A DNA stretch of 64,000 nucleotides. Origin: an uncultured delta proteobacterium (GTDB lineage Bacteria; Desulfobacterota; Binatia; UBA9968). The DNA is taken from contig CAVUZH010000003.1 of NCBI GenBank assembly GCA_963745835.1, positions 128,001-192,000 of the forward strand, in the 5' to 3' direction. The notes beneath the pieces are model-generated. The model saw only the letters and a list, made by a program, of their open reading frames with translations, was not told the origin of the DNA and ran no database searches. Position numbers and translations under genes: made by a program. Within the stretch, counting starts at the first letter, position 1; every line of letters begins with the position of its first letter. Shown piece after piece: positions 8,007 through 18,124 of this stretch.

Positions 8007-9827
8007 TCAGCGATAGCCTTCCGCTTGCATGCTGAAGAGCTCCGCATAGGTGCCTCCGCGGCGCAGAAGTTCGTCGTGTGTGCCGAGCTCGGCAATGCGG
8101 CCTTCTTGAATGACCGCGATGCGGTCGGCCATGCGCACGGTGGAAAAACGATGCGAAATAAGGATTGCCATCTTCCCTTCCGTGAGCGCTTTAAAGTTTT
8201 GGAAGATTTCGTATTCGGCGCGCGCGTCGACCGATGCGGTGGGTTCATCGAGCACCAGAATCTCTGCATCGCGCATGAAGGCGCGAGCCAGGGCAACCTT
8301 TTGCCATTGGCCGAGAGAGAGCTCATGGCCGTCGTGAAACCAGCGCCCGAGCATGGTTTCATAGCCCTCCGGAAGTTCTTCGGCCACTGCGTGCGCGCCG
8401 CTTTTTCGAGCAGCCGCAGCAATCCGTTCGACATCGTCCATCGCATCAATCTGACCAAACCCGATGTTTTCTCTGACGGGCAGGTGATAGCGCACGAAGT
8501 CTTGAAAGATCACGCCGATTCTTTGCTGCAGTTCTAGAGGGTCCAGATCACAGATATCGATGCCGTCGATCAGAATGCTGCCTTCGGTGGGATCGTAAAG
8601 CCGGCTCAGGAGCTTTATAAGGGTGGTCTTGCCGGCTCCATTGTGGCCCACCAGCGCAATCTTCTCGCCGGGTCGTATGATGAGATTGACGCCGCGCAGG
8701 GCCCATTCCTCCCTGTCGGGATAGCGGAAACCGATATCGCGAAACTCGATGCCGCCGCGCAGCGGAAGCGACAGCTTGCGTTTTTGTCCGGTTATTTTCA
8801 TGCGCGGCTCGAGGCAGAGAAATTCGAAGAAGTTTGCCATGAACAAATTATTCTCATAAATATTGCCGACCGCCGAGAGAATCGATTGAAACGTCGATTG
8901 TCCCTGACGGAAAATCGCCAGATAAAGCGTCATATCGCCCAGCGAGATTTTACCCTGCACGGTATACCAGACGATCCAGGCGTAGGAGCCGTAAAATCCC
9001 AAAGTGGCGATGAGTCCCAGGCCGAATCCCGCAGTGGCCCGGCGCAGAGCCAGTGATTTGTCTTCCTCAAAGAACTTGTCGAACAGTGTCGTGTAACGAT
9101 TGAGCAAGGTGCCGCCGAGATTGAACAGCTTGATCTCTTTGACGGCGGTGTCCTCGGTCAGCAGGCGTGAAAGATAATTGACCTGGCGCGTTTCGGGAGC
9201 GCGGCGGGTGAGCAAGCGAAAACCGCGCTCCGAGTAGCGGGTTTCGGCGATGAACGATGGGATACTGGTGGCCAGCAGAACCACCACCAGCCATGGACTG
9301 AAACGGAGCATCAAGAGGGCGAAGGAGATCAAGGTGATAGAGTTCTGCACGATTAGAAAAGTGTCGTTGATCAATTCCACCGGCTTGTACCCGCCCTCGC
9401 GCCGGGCATTTTGCAGCCGGTCGTAAAAATCAGAATCTTCAAAATAAGCCAGATCCAGAGTCAGCGCTTTGGCGATGATCTCGGCGCGAATCCGATTGGC
9501 GAGCTGGAGCTGAATCAGTTGTTGAATCAGGCGCCGGCCGTGATTGAAGGCTGCGCTGAGCAGGAAAAGACCGAGCTCAAGGAGCAAATAAATGAAAACT
9601 TTTCTCACCTGCTCGGCATTCTGGCCGCTTTGGATGGATGCGACCACTCCGTCGACGATGAGCTTTCCCACCCAGGCTTGGCTAGCTGGCAATAAAGCGC
9701 CACCCAATGTCAACAAGCCCAATCCCACAGTTGCCCAACGGTTGGTGCGCCAGACAAAGCGAACGGCCTGGGGCGTGTGAGTGAACGATTGGCGCAGCTG
9801 GCGCCATTTTCCCGGCAGAGAAATCAT
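8007..9827 (-). CDS. ABC exporter, fused permease/ATPase
   Basis: N-terminal TM domain; GHNGAGKT, LSLGQWQK, ILVLDEPT, ISHR. Confidence 0.95.
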   Translation of the reverse strand: MISLPGKWRQLRQSFTHTPQAVRFVWRTNRWATVGLGLLTLGGALLPASQAWVGKLIVDGVVASIQSGQNAEQVRKVFIYLLLELGLFLLSAAFNHGRRLIQQLIQLQLANRIRAEIIAKALTLDLAYFEDSDFYDRLQNARREGGYKPVELINDTFLIVQNSITLISFALLMLRFSPWLVVVLLATSIPSFIAETRYSERGFRLLTRRAPETRQVNYLSRLLTEDTAVKEIKLFNLGGTLLNRYTTLFDKFFEEDKSLALRRATAGFGLGLIATLGFYGSYAWIVWYTVQGKISLGDMTLYLAIFRQGQSTFQSILSAVGNIYENNLFMANFFEFLCLEPRMKITGQKRKLSLPLRGGIEFRDIGFRYPDREEWALRGVNLIIRPGEKIALVGHNGAGKTTLIKLLSRLYDPTEGSILIDGIDICDLDPLELQQRIGVIFQDFVRYHLPVRENIGFGQIDAMDDVERIAAAARKSGAHAVAEELPEGYETMLGRWFHDGHELSLGQWQKVALARAFMRDAEILVLDEPTASVDARAEYEIFQNFKALTEGKMAILISHRFSTVRMADRIAVIQEGRIAELGTHDELLRRGGTYAELFSMQAEGYR

Positions 9828-10118
9828 CCTGGCAGGAATTAGATTACAGTTTCGGGTCTCCGATTAAAACTATAAACCCGCACTGCAAAGTTGGACCTCA
9901 GGTAGGGCAAGCGCTATGCAACCTGAGTTGCTATCCAGGATCGGAAACGGATCGAATTTCGTCGCACAATTTTATCGCCGAACACGAGATGGTTGCGGAG
10001 GCTTGTTGAAGAAGGATACCGAAACGATGTGGGCGACTCTCTAGCTTTGATATGATTCTTCTTTGATGGCGTAGCAGGGTAGGGAGATCAATTCGAACGA
10101 CATAGTCAAAGGATAAAA

Positions 10119-11117
10119 TTACTGTCGTCCGGCAGCTAATTCCTTGCGCGCTTTTTCCACGAAGCTGTAATCGATCACCTGAGCCGCACTGATAGGCTCC
10201 GATACTTTGGCACTTTCTCGTTGTTGATCTACCAGGGCCTGAAGTCCGTTCATGTTGATGGCGCCATCACGCAGCATCACCCTGACCATGTAATCATACA
10301 TTTCGCTCGCCATTGCGCGGTTCTTTACACTCCAGTGCTTGGCGATCATGTCGAGGCAAGCGTCTTTGTTATTCTTATCGGAGACAAACATCAGTCCACG
10401 CAGGGTGCCGCGCACCATCCGGTAAATCTCGTCAGGATTGTCTTTGATCTTTTTTATCGAGGCGCCGAAGCCATTTTGCGGAAACTCGATGTAATCGCCG
10501 GAAAAAGCCAGCTCGTTGAAACCTTTTTGCCGCGCAAGAATGTTCTCAGGCACCGAAAGCATTGCGGCGTCGACAATCCCGGCGTCGAGGGCCGCGAGCC
10601 GCCCGGCCTCGGATGCTACATAGACGGTTGAATAATCCCGGCCAAATTCCAAGCCTTCGCGGCGCAAGGTATATCGAGTCGCGAGGTCCGTCGTAGCACC
10701 GGGTGAGCTGACTGCAATTTTTTTGGATTTGAGTTGTTGAAAATTTTTAATTTCTGCTTTTGCCATAAGACCCTGCACAGGCGAACGCATCGTGAAGATG
10801 ACCGCCTTGATCGGCTGTCCCCTGACGGCCGCAGCGACGACACCGGTCACGGCGCCATTGTAATCGATGTCACCGGTGAGCGCCGCCGTGCTGGCGAGGG
10901 CGGCGGCCATCAGAATGAACTCAACGTCGATTCCCTCATCTTTGTAATAGCCCCGGTCTTTGGCTGCGTAAAACGGCAAGTACGTCACGTTTGCAGCTGG
11001 AATCGAGACTCGAACTCTCTTCAGTCCCGGCTGCGCTTGTGAATGGCTGGCGCAAACCAGGACTGCGGCGGCCAGCAGAGCAATCGCAACAACTGACCTT
11101 CCTAGAAAAGCGCACAT
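10119..11117 (-). CDS. ABC substrate-binding protein, NMT1/THI5-SsuA type
   Basis: Signal peptide; AKDRGYYKDEGIDVE, LKSKKIAVSSPGATTD, AGIVDAAML. Confidence 0.9.
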   Translation of the reverse strand: MCAFLGRSVVAIALLAAAVLVCASHSQAQPGLKRVRVSIPAANVTYLPFYAAKDRGYYKDEGIDVEFILMAAALASTAALTGDIDYNGAVTGVVAAAVRGQPIKAVIFTMRSPVQGLMAKAEIKNFQQLKSKKIAVSSPGATTDLATRYTLRREGLEFGRDYSTVYVASEAGRLAALDAGIVDAAMLSVPENILARQKGFNELAFSGDYIEFPQNGFGASIKKIKDNPDEIYRMVRGTLRGLMFVSDKNNKDACLDMIAKHWSVKNRAMASEMYDYMVRVMLRDGAINMNGLQALVDQQRESAKVSEPISAAQVIDYSFVEKARKELAAGRQ

Positions 11118-11498
11118 GGGAGACCTCCTTTATCGCTCCGGGATTCTTGCGCTACCTTTATGTGTTCGTCAATGAAAGAATCCTCCGTACTTAGCACATT
11201 TCGATCAGGGGCATGGAATTTTCCCCAACTAGGAAGAGTCTGCGGTTACTCTGGAAAGCGGCATGGCAACCGCGTTTCGGAGTTTCACCTCCGGAGACGT
11301 TCGTGGCGTCAGCATCTATGTAGATGCAAGCATAGCGCGCTTTCGATCTAAGTTCTTTCTTGAAGAAGATCTTAACCATGGGGTGACGGAATCGCTAAGC
11401 AGTTTTGGGTGACACTTTGGCTGACCTAGCGCAGGCGGCCCAATCCAATTGACACGCTTCCCCGCTGGATCATATATAAGGCGACCGGAGGATCTCAC

Positions 11499-12476
11499 AT
11501 GGTTCGATACCTAGCAGTCGTCTATAGTTTGATTTGGCTCCTGGTCTTGTCGCTCGGCGATGGCCGAGGCGCAGAGCGCGCCCGCGGTCAACCGCATACA
11601 ATCCGGATTGCGTATGTTTCACCGGTGACTACCATGGCGCCGATCTGGATTGCGAGCGAGATCGGTGCATACCAGCGCGAAGGGCTCGACCCGAGAATTG
11701 TCTTCATTGATGCACGAGTCGCCATTGCTGCCCTTGTAGCAGGCGAGGTCGATGCCGTAGTGATCTCTGCGCCGTCTGTGATACCCGCTGTCCTGAGCGG
11801 CGCCAACATTGCGTTTATTGCGGGACTGCATAACAAGATGATCTTCTCGTTTCACGCGCAGCCGGATATCCAAAGCTCGGCGCAGCTTAGAGGAAAGATT
11901 GTCGGCACAAATCGACCCGGCACACCCGCAGACTACGGAAATAGAGTTGCGCTGACAAAAATGGGTTTGAAGCCCAGCGACGTGCAGCTTATGCCATTGG
12001 GAAGTTCGGGAGTAATGTGGTCGGCATTGCAATCGCGCCAGGTCGCGGGCGTCACGCTCGCCCCGCCTTACAGCTTTAGAGCGGATGCGATGAAGTTTTC
12101 GCGTCTAGTGGATACCTACGACAAACCCTACCAGAACACGGGCGTCGTGGTTCGCAAGGATCGAATTCATTCGAGCGCGGATACATGGCTGCGTTTGCTC
12201 AGAGCTCTGCGGCAGGCAAACCTACGCTGGTATGAAGATCCAAAGCTCGCGATGTTCGTGCTTAGTAAATACACCCAGCAATCGGATCCGGATGTGCTGC
12301 AGAAAACGTATGATTTCGAATCGAATCCACCCGGATTTACCAAGGACTTAAAAGTATCCGACAGCGGTCTTCAAGGCATCCTCGACTTTTTAGCCTCGAC
12401 AGTCCGTCCGGAAGCGGGAAAGGCTGCGCCGAAAGAATTCTACGACACCACAATTCTGGATAGGTTGGAGAAATAA
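11499..12476 (+). CDS. ABC substrate-binding protein, NMT1/THI5-SsuA type
   Basis: Signal peptide; PIWIA...EGLD, ALVAGEVD, LRGKIVG; GGAGG RBS. Confidence 0.9.
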   Translation: MVRYLAVVYSLIWLLVLSLGDGRGAERARGQPHTIRIAYVSPVTTMAPIWIASEIGAYQREGLDPRIVFIDARVAIAALVAGEVDAVVISAPSVIPAVLSGANIAFIAGLHNKMIFSFHAQPDIQSSAQLRGKIVGTNRPGTPADYGNRVALTKMGLKPSDVQLMPLGSSGVMWSALQSRQVAGVTLAPPYSFRADAMKFSRLVDTYDKPYQNTGVVVRKDRIHSSADTWLRLLRALRQANLRWYEDPKLAMFVLSKYTQQSDPDVLQKTYDFESNPPGFTKDLKVSDSGLQGILDFLASTVRPEAGKAAPKEFYDTTILDRLEK

Positions 12477-12917
12477 ATCAGCGCAACGATTACGAGTTTA
12501 CCGCGCTTGAACGGTGATTCGGTCTAAATTAACCCGCCGGACGGGGGTCGCTAAAGCGAAACCACCGGCCTTTGTAAGTAAGGATCTCGATTACGTGTAG
12601 GTGCGAACTAAGAAGGCGCAATTTGCGTTGGTCACTCATTACTACTTGGTCAATTACAGAGCTAATCAAAGAACTGTTACACAACCCCAGCAGCAGGCGG
12701 CTAGTCCAACATAAGTTTACCAGTCCAGCGACCGCGCCCGTCCGTGATCCGGTCATTGTTCAAATGTCTCCATTGTTGAACGCTATTTTTGTATTGAACA
12801 AACTTATTCACGCGTGATATCCCAGCAAAATGAGGTTCGTTGTCCTAGTCCTCGTCGAGATAATGATTGCTGTAATCGGGATATTGATAACTACCCGTAA
12901 TGACCGGAAGGCTGGAG

Positions 12918-13800
12918 TCATTTCACCAATCCAACAGCACCGCCGGCCTTCGCTCCTATCATGGCTCTATTCACGATTGCACCGAGTTCTAAGATGAAAG
13001 GGCCGCTCTCGGTCTGCACATAACCTGGTCCAAACTTCACCAGGTACTTTCCGCGCGCGATCGACTCAAAAACTCCGTGCCTCCTGATGTCCGCGGCCTT
13101 GAATCCCGTGGTCTTCGAGTAATCCGCAACATTGAGCAGGTCTTTAATCGCCTTCGGTCATGCCGTAGCGTGGTGGCTGGATCTTATAACCGCGGCTGAA
13201 CATGCCGCCGCCAATACTGAGAAGCCCGCCGGTTACTTCCTGCACCGCTTCATCCATACGCGAACTGTTAAACGTGCCACTCAAGTCTTTGGCCTGCCAT
13301 GATTTGGCGGCATAGGCTGCCAAAGCTGCGTCTGTGATGGTGGCGTGGTGCTCCACGTTGCCTTGGTAGGCTGATCCAAGATTGCTGCTCTCGGTGCGTC
13401 CATCGATAAACCCATGGTCAAAGCGGTGATGGATTCGTTGTTGCCGGCCATGGCTCTGACTCTGTCGCCGCTGAATCCGTTCCTTAGCTGATTGAAGATG
13501 GCCACCTTGCCGTCCGCCGGTGCAGCGTCCAGCTTCTTCTTTAGAGCGTCTGATTCCTTGTCCGATAATGTTCTGATAGTGCTGAGCCGGTAGCGCTGCT
13601 CGACAATGCCGGCGGAGATATCCAGTGCTCGCATTGAACTTGGATTGTTTAGATCAGCGGTGCTGGTGGTGGAATAACCCGGCGCACACTCCCGCTGTCA
13701 TAGAATCGGTTTTCAGTTGCGCCTTGGTGGTCTCGTGCGCTGATTTCAAATCGGCAAGGAACTTCGCTTCCTCGCTAGTCTTGGGTGCCTGGGGTTTCTT
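12918..13800 (-). pseudogene. Multiply frameshifted remnant of a large gene, possibly a phage internal-virion protein
   Basis: Protein-like pieces in successive frames (track ORFs 13281-13634 and 13144-13356 plus flanks, ending GKYLVKFGPGYVQTESGPFILEL); phage identity is resemblance only. Confidence 0.45.
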
Positions 13801-14077
13801 CCATGAGTATTCCTCTTGACGGAAGAAGAGACGAGATATGGAATTAAAGCCCGGTGTTAGGCTTTAAACGATTCGCTTATCGTTATTCGCAACCACTTCC
13901 GACCACCCCTCTACAACAATTTTAGAAATATTGCCCAGTCGTGACGGTTTTCACGGTCCAGAAGATACTTTCGGGGATATTATGGGACGCAGAGAGTAGG
14001 GGAGAAGTAGAGACATTCTCTAACTTTTACCTTACCCGTTGGGTTTTTGTCTTACGTGCGGATTGTGTGGCTGAAGG

Positions 14078-14101
14078 GTTCGAGTCTACGTGGGCCCACC
14101 A
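14078..14101 (+). mobile_element. Isolated tRNA 3'-end fragment, putative att core
   Basis: GTTCGAGT-CTACG-TGGGCCC-ACCA = T-loop, 3' T-stem strand, 3' acceptor strand, discriminator and CCA; the pairing 5' strands are absent upstream. Confidence 0.6.
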
Positions 14102-14187
14102 ATTCAACTGTGTTGAAGAATTGCTTGGGAACTTTGGCAAAGCTGCTAGGATAGACGATGGCCGCGGATAGAATTGATGGGACGCTA

Positions 14188-15279
14188 CTATTTACCACCT
14201 CTGATAAAGAGGCGTTTCATCAAGTCCTGCCACTCGGCGAAGTTCTTCTCGAACTCTTCCAACGAGTACTGATTCTCCAAGTAGTTCTTCTTGAATTTCT
14301 GATCGACGTCCATGTCATCTCTGGGAGAATTTAGTCCGCCCTTCATGACGACCTGCTGGCCCTCCTTCGAGTGGAGATAATCGAGAAATAGGATCGCCGC
14401 ATGCGGATGCGGAGATCTGGTCGTCATGGCGGAGGAGCCCACATTGGTCAGCACGGGTTCTAATGGACGCCATTCCACAGGCGCGCCTTTTCTTTTCGCC
14501 GTAACCATATTCGAATCGAATATCGTCGGAGAGAGCGGAACTTCACCCGAGACCACCTGGTTGGCAAGCGCAGCCGGAACGATGTTCTGGACCTTGACAT
14601 CCTGTTGGCTGAGTTTTTCTAGAAACTCACGACCCATCGTATTAACGATATGACCGACCCAACGCGGACCGCTTGAACCTCCGGCCATGGTCATCTTGCC
14701 TTTCCACTTGGGATCCAGGAGCGCGGCGTAATCTTTCGGTGCGTCGTTTGCGGGAACGGCTTTAGTGTTAAATCCGAGGCCAATGTACAATTCGCGATTT
14801 GCCCAGAAGAAAACACCGCCGTTCTTACCTTTCTCCTTTACATCGTCGCTGAAGGCGTTTATTTCGGGCGAAAAGTGTTCCTGCAAAAAGCCGCGCTTAT
14901 GCAAAATTTCGATACCGGTGCTGGTCTCGACAACGTCAGCGATATACCGACCCGAGGCATATTCTTCGATAACCCTCTTGAGGACGTCCCTGCCTTCGCT
15001 CCGCCATACACCGACTTTGATGAACGGGTATTTTTTTTCGAATTCCTGGGCAACGACGTCCATCCAGGTGTTAGAGTTATAGAACATTAACTGACCTTCT
15101 TTTTTGGCACCTTCGATCAGTTTCGCTTCTCGATCTTTGCCGCGGTACAACGCGATCTCAACGACGCTGGCGGCAAATACGGTACTGCAGTGGCCGACGA
15201 AGATTCCCATGGATAGCACCCAGGCCACCTTTATAGGCCAGGATCTCTGTTTCGGTAAATAACCAAACATTCGAATCAT
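14188..15279 (-). CDS. ABC extracellular solute-binding protein (Fe3+/polyamine-like cluster)
   Basis: EGAKKEGQLMFY, FEKKYPFI, LLDPKWKGK, PHPHAA.LFLDYLHSKEGQ; GGGAG RBS before ATG 15279. Confidence 0.9.
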   Translation of the reverse strand: MIRMFGYLPKQRSWPIKVAWVLSMGIFVGHCSTVFAASVVEIALYRGKDREAKLIEGAKKEGQLMFYNSNTWMDVVAQEFEKKYPFIKVGVWRSEGRDVLKRVIEEYASGRYIADVVETSTGIEILHKRGFLQEHFSPEINAFSDDVKEKGKNGGVFFWANRELYIGLGFNTKAVPANDAPKDYAALLDPKWKGKMTMAGGSSGPRWVGHIVNTMGREFLEKLSQQDVKVQNIVPAALANQVVSGEVPLSPTIFDSNMVTAKRKGAPVEWRPLEPVLTNVGSSAMTTRSPHPHAAILFLDYLHSKEGQQVVMKGGLNSPRDDMDVDQKFKKNYLENQYSLEEFEKNFAEWQDLMKRLFIRGGK

Positions 15280-15280
15280 T

Positions 15281-16150
15281 CTATTTGTCTCCCGTGATAT
15301 TTGTTTTGGTGCCATCACGCCACCACGACACGACGTCTTCATGCGTCGTGAATACGACGCCTTCGAACTGCTTGGCGTAAGCAATGAAATCGCTGAAGCT
15401 TTTCGCTCGGGATGGACGTCCTGTTACGTAATCATGAACGGTTAACGGCATCAGCACAGGCTCCTGTGCGCCGCGCTCATAGAGTGCATCGAACCCCGCC
15501 TTCAATCCACGTAAGAAAAAATCGGGAGTTGTGCAGTTCCAGGTGCTATAAGTATTGAACTGAAACCGTTGCGAGCAAAGAGCAACGTCGCTATACGCCG
15601 CGAAAGGGATTTCGACAAGCTGCCGGCCGTGTCCTTCAAGCAAGTAAGGCAAGTCGTCGTTCCACATGCTGCCGTCCCATTCGAAGTCGAAGTATTTCAG
15701 GATTAAATCGATGGTATTGTGGCTGGCAAAACAGGTCCGCCAGCCGCGCAGATGCTCCCCCAAGAGGTCTTCGAAAACGGTTACGGTTTTCTTCATCAGC
15801 TCGAGCTCTTTGGCGGCTGGCAAATTACACATCATTTCGTGCTCATAGGTGTGGCCTGCGATGGCGTTGCCGGCTTTCTTGACTGCCCGCGACACCTCAG
15901 GATATTTCTCGGCCGTGGCGCCGCAAATGAGCCAGGTTCCTTTGACTCCGTGCTTCTCCATAATTTCCAGCAGCCGCCAAGCGCCGCGGCGTCCGCCGTA
16001 TTGGCGCTCGCTGAAATCGAAACCATCAGGTTGGTCGTCGGGATAGAGCGAGCTCATCTCCTCGGATTGATGATGCGGGCTGATGATGATCGGCAGCCGT
16101 ACTCCATCCGGCCACCGCGGCAGTGAGTCAATGCGGCGTTCTTTCCACAT
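15281..16150 (-). CDS. Polysaccharide deacetylase (CE4)/PuuE-like hydrolase
   Basis: WPDG, QYGGRRGAWRLL, GHTYEH, GWR, DDLPY, TVHDYVTGRP; CAGGAG RBS before ATG 16150. Confidence 0.85.
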   Translation of the reverse strand: MWKERRIDSLPRWPDGVRLPIIISPHHQSEEMSSLYPDDQPDGFDFSERQYGGRRGAWRLLEIMEKHGVKGTWLICGATAEKYPEVSRAVKKAGNAIAGHTYEHEMMCNLPAAKELELMKKTVTVFEDLLGEHLRGWRTCFASHNTIDLILKYFDFEWDGSMWNDDLPYLLEGHGRQLVEIPFAAYSDVALCSQRFQFNTYSTWNCTTPDFFLRGLKAGFDALYERGAQEPVLMPLTVHDYVTGRPSRAKSFSDFIAYAKQFEGVVFTTHEDVVSWWRDGTKTNITGDK

Positions 16151-16152
16151 GG

Positions 16153-17001
16153 TTAGCTCCTGGATTTCGGCTGCAGACAACGCTTGGACCATTCGGCGAT
16201 CTCGCTGCATTTTGCAAACCAAAGCTCCTCATGGCCGCTTAAACGTTCGAGAAAATGTTTCAAAGCTCGCAGCGGGGCAGGGCGCCCGACGCCCCAGGTT
16301 TGTAGGCTCAAGATGAAGAGCCGGGAAGCTCGTTCGCTTTCCTCGTAAAGCATGTCGAACTCGTTATTCCATACATTGGTCAAGCCGTCGGAGCCGCCGC
16401 GTTGAGGATAGGGATAACCAATGAAGGTTTTGTCGGCAGTGCTGGTCGTGAATGGAATCTCAACCAATTGTCGGCCGTCGCAATCGAATAGATAGGGCAA
16501 ATCATCGTTCAACAGGCTGCTATCCCAGGTAAAACCGTTTTCCGCTAGAAGATCCAGAGTCTGCGGGCTGGTACGATAGTCTGGACAGCGCCAACCGATG
16601 ATTTTGACGCCCGCCACATTTTCCAAAGCTTGACTCGAGCGGCGCAGAACCGACTGTTCGCGCTCGGTGCTGTAGGCTCGCACCTTCTCAAAGTTATAAC
16701 TCATCCCCGCTAGTTCGTGGCCAGCCTCGTGAGCGGCGCGAACCGCTTGCGGGTACTTTTCCGCCGTTGCGCCACAGATGAAAAAAGTCGCTTTGATCTG
16801 GAAACGGTCGAGGAGTTCCAATATTTTCCATATGCCCGTCCGGCCACCATACTCCATCGTTCCCGATACCATGAAGTTCGGTCGATCACCGGGAAGAGGA
16901 GGGGCTCCTTCGCCAGACTGATGCTCAAACGTAAGAACAATCGGAAGACGTTTCCCCAAAGGCCATTTGATATCACTCAGAGAGCGCTGTTCTGTAGCCA
17001 A
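16153..17001 (-). CDS. CE4/PuuE-like protein with degenerate active site
   Basis: EYGGRTGIWKIL, KATFF, GWRCP, DDLPY, GRP retained, but conserved His positions read GMSYNF and LQTW; TTG start. Confidence 0.85.
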   Translation of the reverse strand: MATEQRSLSDIKWPLGKRLPIVLTFEHQSGEGAPPLPGDRPNFMVSGTMEYGGRTGIWKILELLDRFQIKATFFICGATAEKYPQAVRAAHEAGHELAGMSYNFEKVRAYSTEREQSVLRRSSQALENVAGVKIIGWRCPDYRTSPQTLDLLAENGFTWDSSLLNDDLPYLFDCDGRQLVEIPFTTSTADKTFIGYPYPQRGGSDGLTNVWNNEFDMLYEESERASRLFILSLQTWGVGRPAPLRALKHFLERLSGHEELWFAKCSEIAEWSKRCLQPKSRS

Positions 17002-17030
17002 TGTTGATCACCTAACCCACGTTTTTTGCT

Positions 17031-17059
17031 GCTATAACAACCGGTGTCAGCCTTGTCAA
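17031..17059 (-). promoter_or_regulatory. Sigma70-type promoter for the leftward CE4-CE4-SBP operon
   Basis: Minus strand TTGACA-N17-TATAGC with extended -10 TG, about 30 nt upstream of start 17001. Confidence 0.55.
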
Positions 17060-17179
17060 ACTTAACAGTTCATTGTTGATCTCGACTTACTTGCGACAGA
17101 AATACAATGCTGATATTTAAGCGAGACTGTTCCGCCGAATGCGCTGCGCGCAACCTACATAACGGGTTGAGGAAACATC

Positions 17180-18010
17180 ATGAGACCTAAGTCAATCGAA
17201 TGGCCAAACAAAGCGAAGATCGCCGTAAGTTTTTTTGTCGGACTCGAATCTTTTGTCAAGTATTCACAATACCGGGGAAGCGGCGACCAGGTCGATTATG
17301 CTTCGATAGCGTTTGGCGAATACGGCGGTAAGGTGGGTATCTGGAGAATTCTCGACGTTTTCACTAAACACAAGGTCAAGGGCACGATTGACACCAATGG
17401 GCTTGCGGCCGAGCGGTATCCCGAGGCGATCAAAGAACTCCATAGGGCGGGCCATGAAATCGTCGGTCATGGCTGGTCCAACGATGTTCCCCCTACGGCG
17501 CTGGACGATCAAGAGGAACGCCGGGTAATCAAGCGAACATTGGATACGATCTCATCAGTGACCGGCAAGCGTCCGGTTGGTTGGGTTAGCCCGGCTCATT
17601 TGATGACGGATAAGACGTTTGGATTTCTCGTCGATGAGGGGATCTTCTGGAGTGGCGATTTACCTGGAGATGATCTCCCATATCACGTTAATGTCGAGAG
17701 CCGCCCATTGGTGGTTATGCCGCGCCTCGATTACGCTAATGACCTAAGCCTCATTTTCCGGCCCAAGAACTCTCCGAGTTTGTTTTTCGAGTGTTTTAAG
17801 ACCGCGTTCGATCGGATGTATGCCGAAGGAAAGGATGGAAGTCCGAAGCTGATCGATGCTCTCATACATGCGCATATTGGCGGCCGGCCGAACTATATCG
17901 GCATGTACGAACAGTGTATCACCTATGCAAAGCAGTTCTCCGATGTCTGGTTCTGTACTAAAGGTGAGATCGCCCAGTGGTATCTGGATCGTTACGTGAA
18001 GAAGAGTTAG
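17180..18010 (+). CDS. CE4/PuuE-like hydrolase
   Basis: WPNKAKIAV, EYGGKVGIWRIL, GHEIVGHGW, PVGWVSP, DDLPY, IHAHIGGRP. Confidence 0.9.
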   Translation: MRPKSIEWPNKAKIAVSFFVGLESFVKYSQYRGSGDQVDYASIAFGEYGGKVGIWRILDVFTKHKVKGTIDTNGLAAERYPEAIKELHRAGHEIVGHGWSNDVPPTALDDQEERRVIKRTLDTISSVTGKRPVGWVSPAHLMTDKTFGFLVDEGIFWSGDLPGDDLPYHVNVESRPLVVMPRLDYANDLSLIFRPKNSPSLFFECFKTAFDRMYAEGKDGSPKLIDALIHAHIGGRPNYIGMYEQCITYAKQFSDVWFCTKGEIAQWYLDRYVKKS

Positions 18011-18124
18011 TCCGTCAATCGGTTATTGCTAATGAGGCCGAACGTTTCGTCTGCTCGCGCCATAGTCCTGGCAGCCACTGCAGTGCTTCTTGAGCCTGGC
18101 ATCACATCAGCAACGATCTAAACG

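Noticed and set aside
12529-12817. Short ORFs next to the phage-like fossil
   Set aside because: No RBS or recognisable motif; may be further debris but cannot be supported
13982-14185. ATGGGACGC direct repeat flanking the putative att core
   Set aside because: A single 9-mer match over a few hundred bases is compatible with chance
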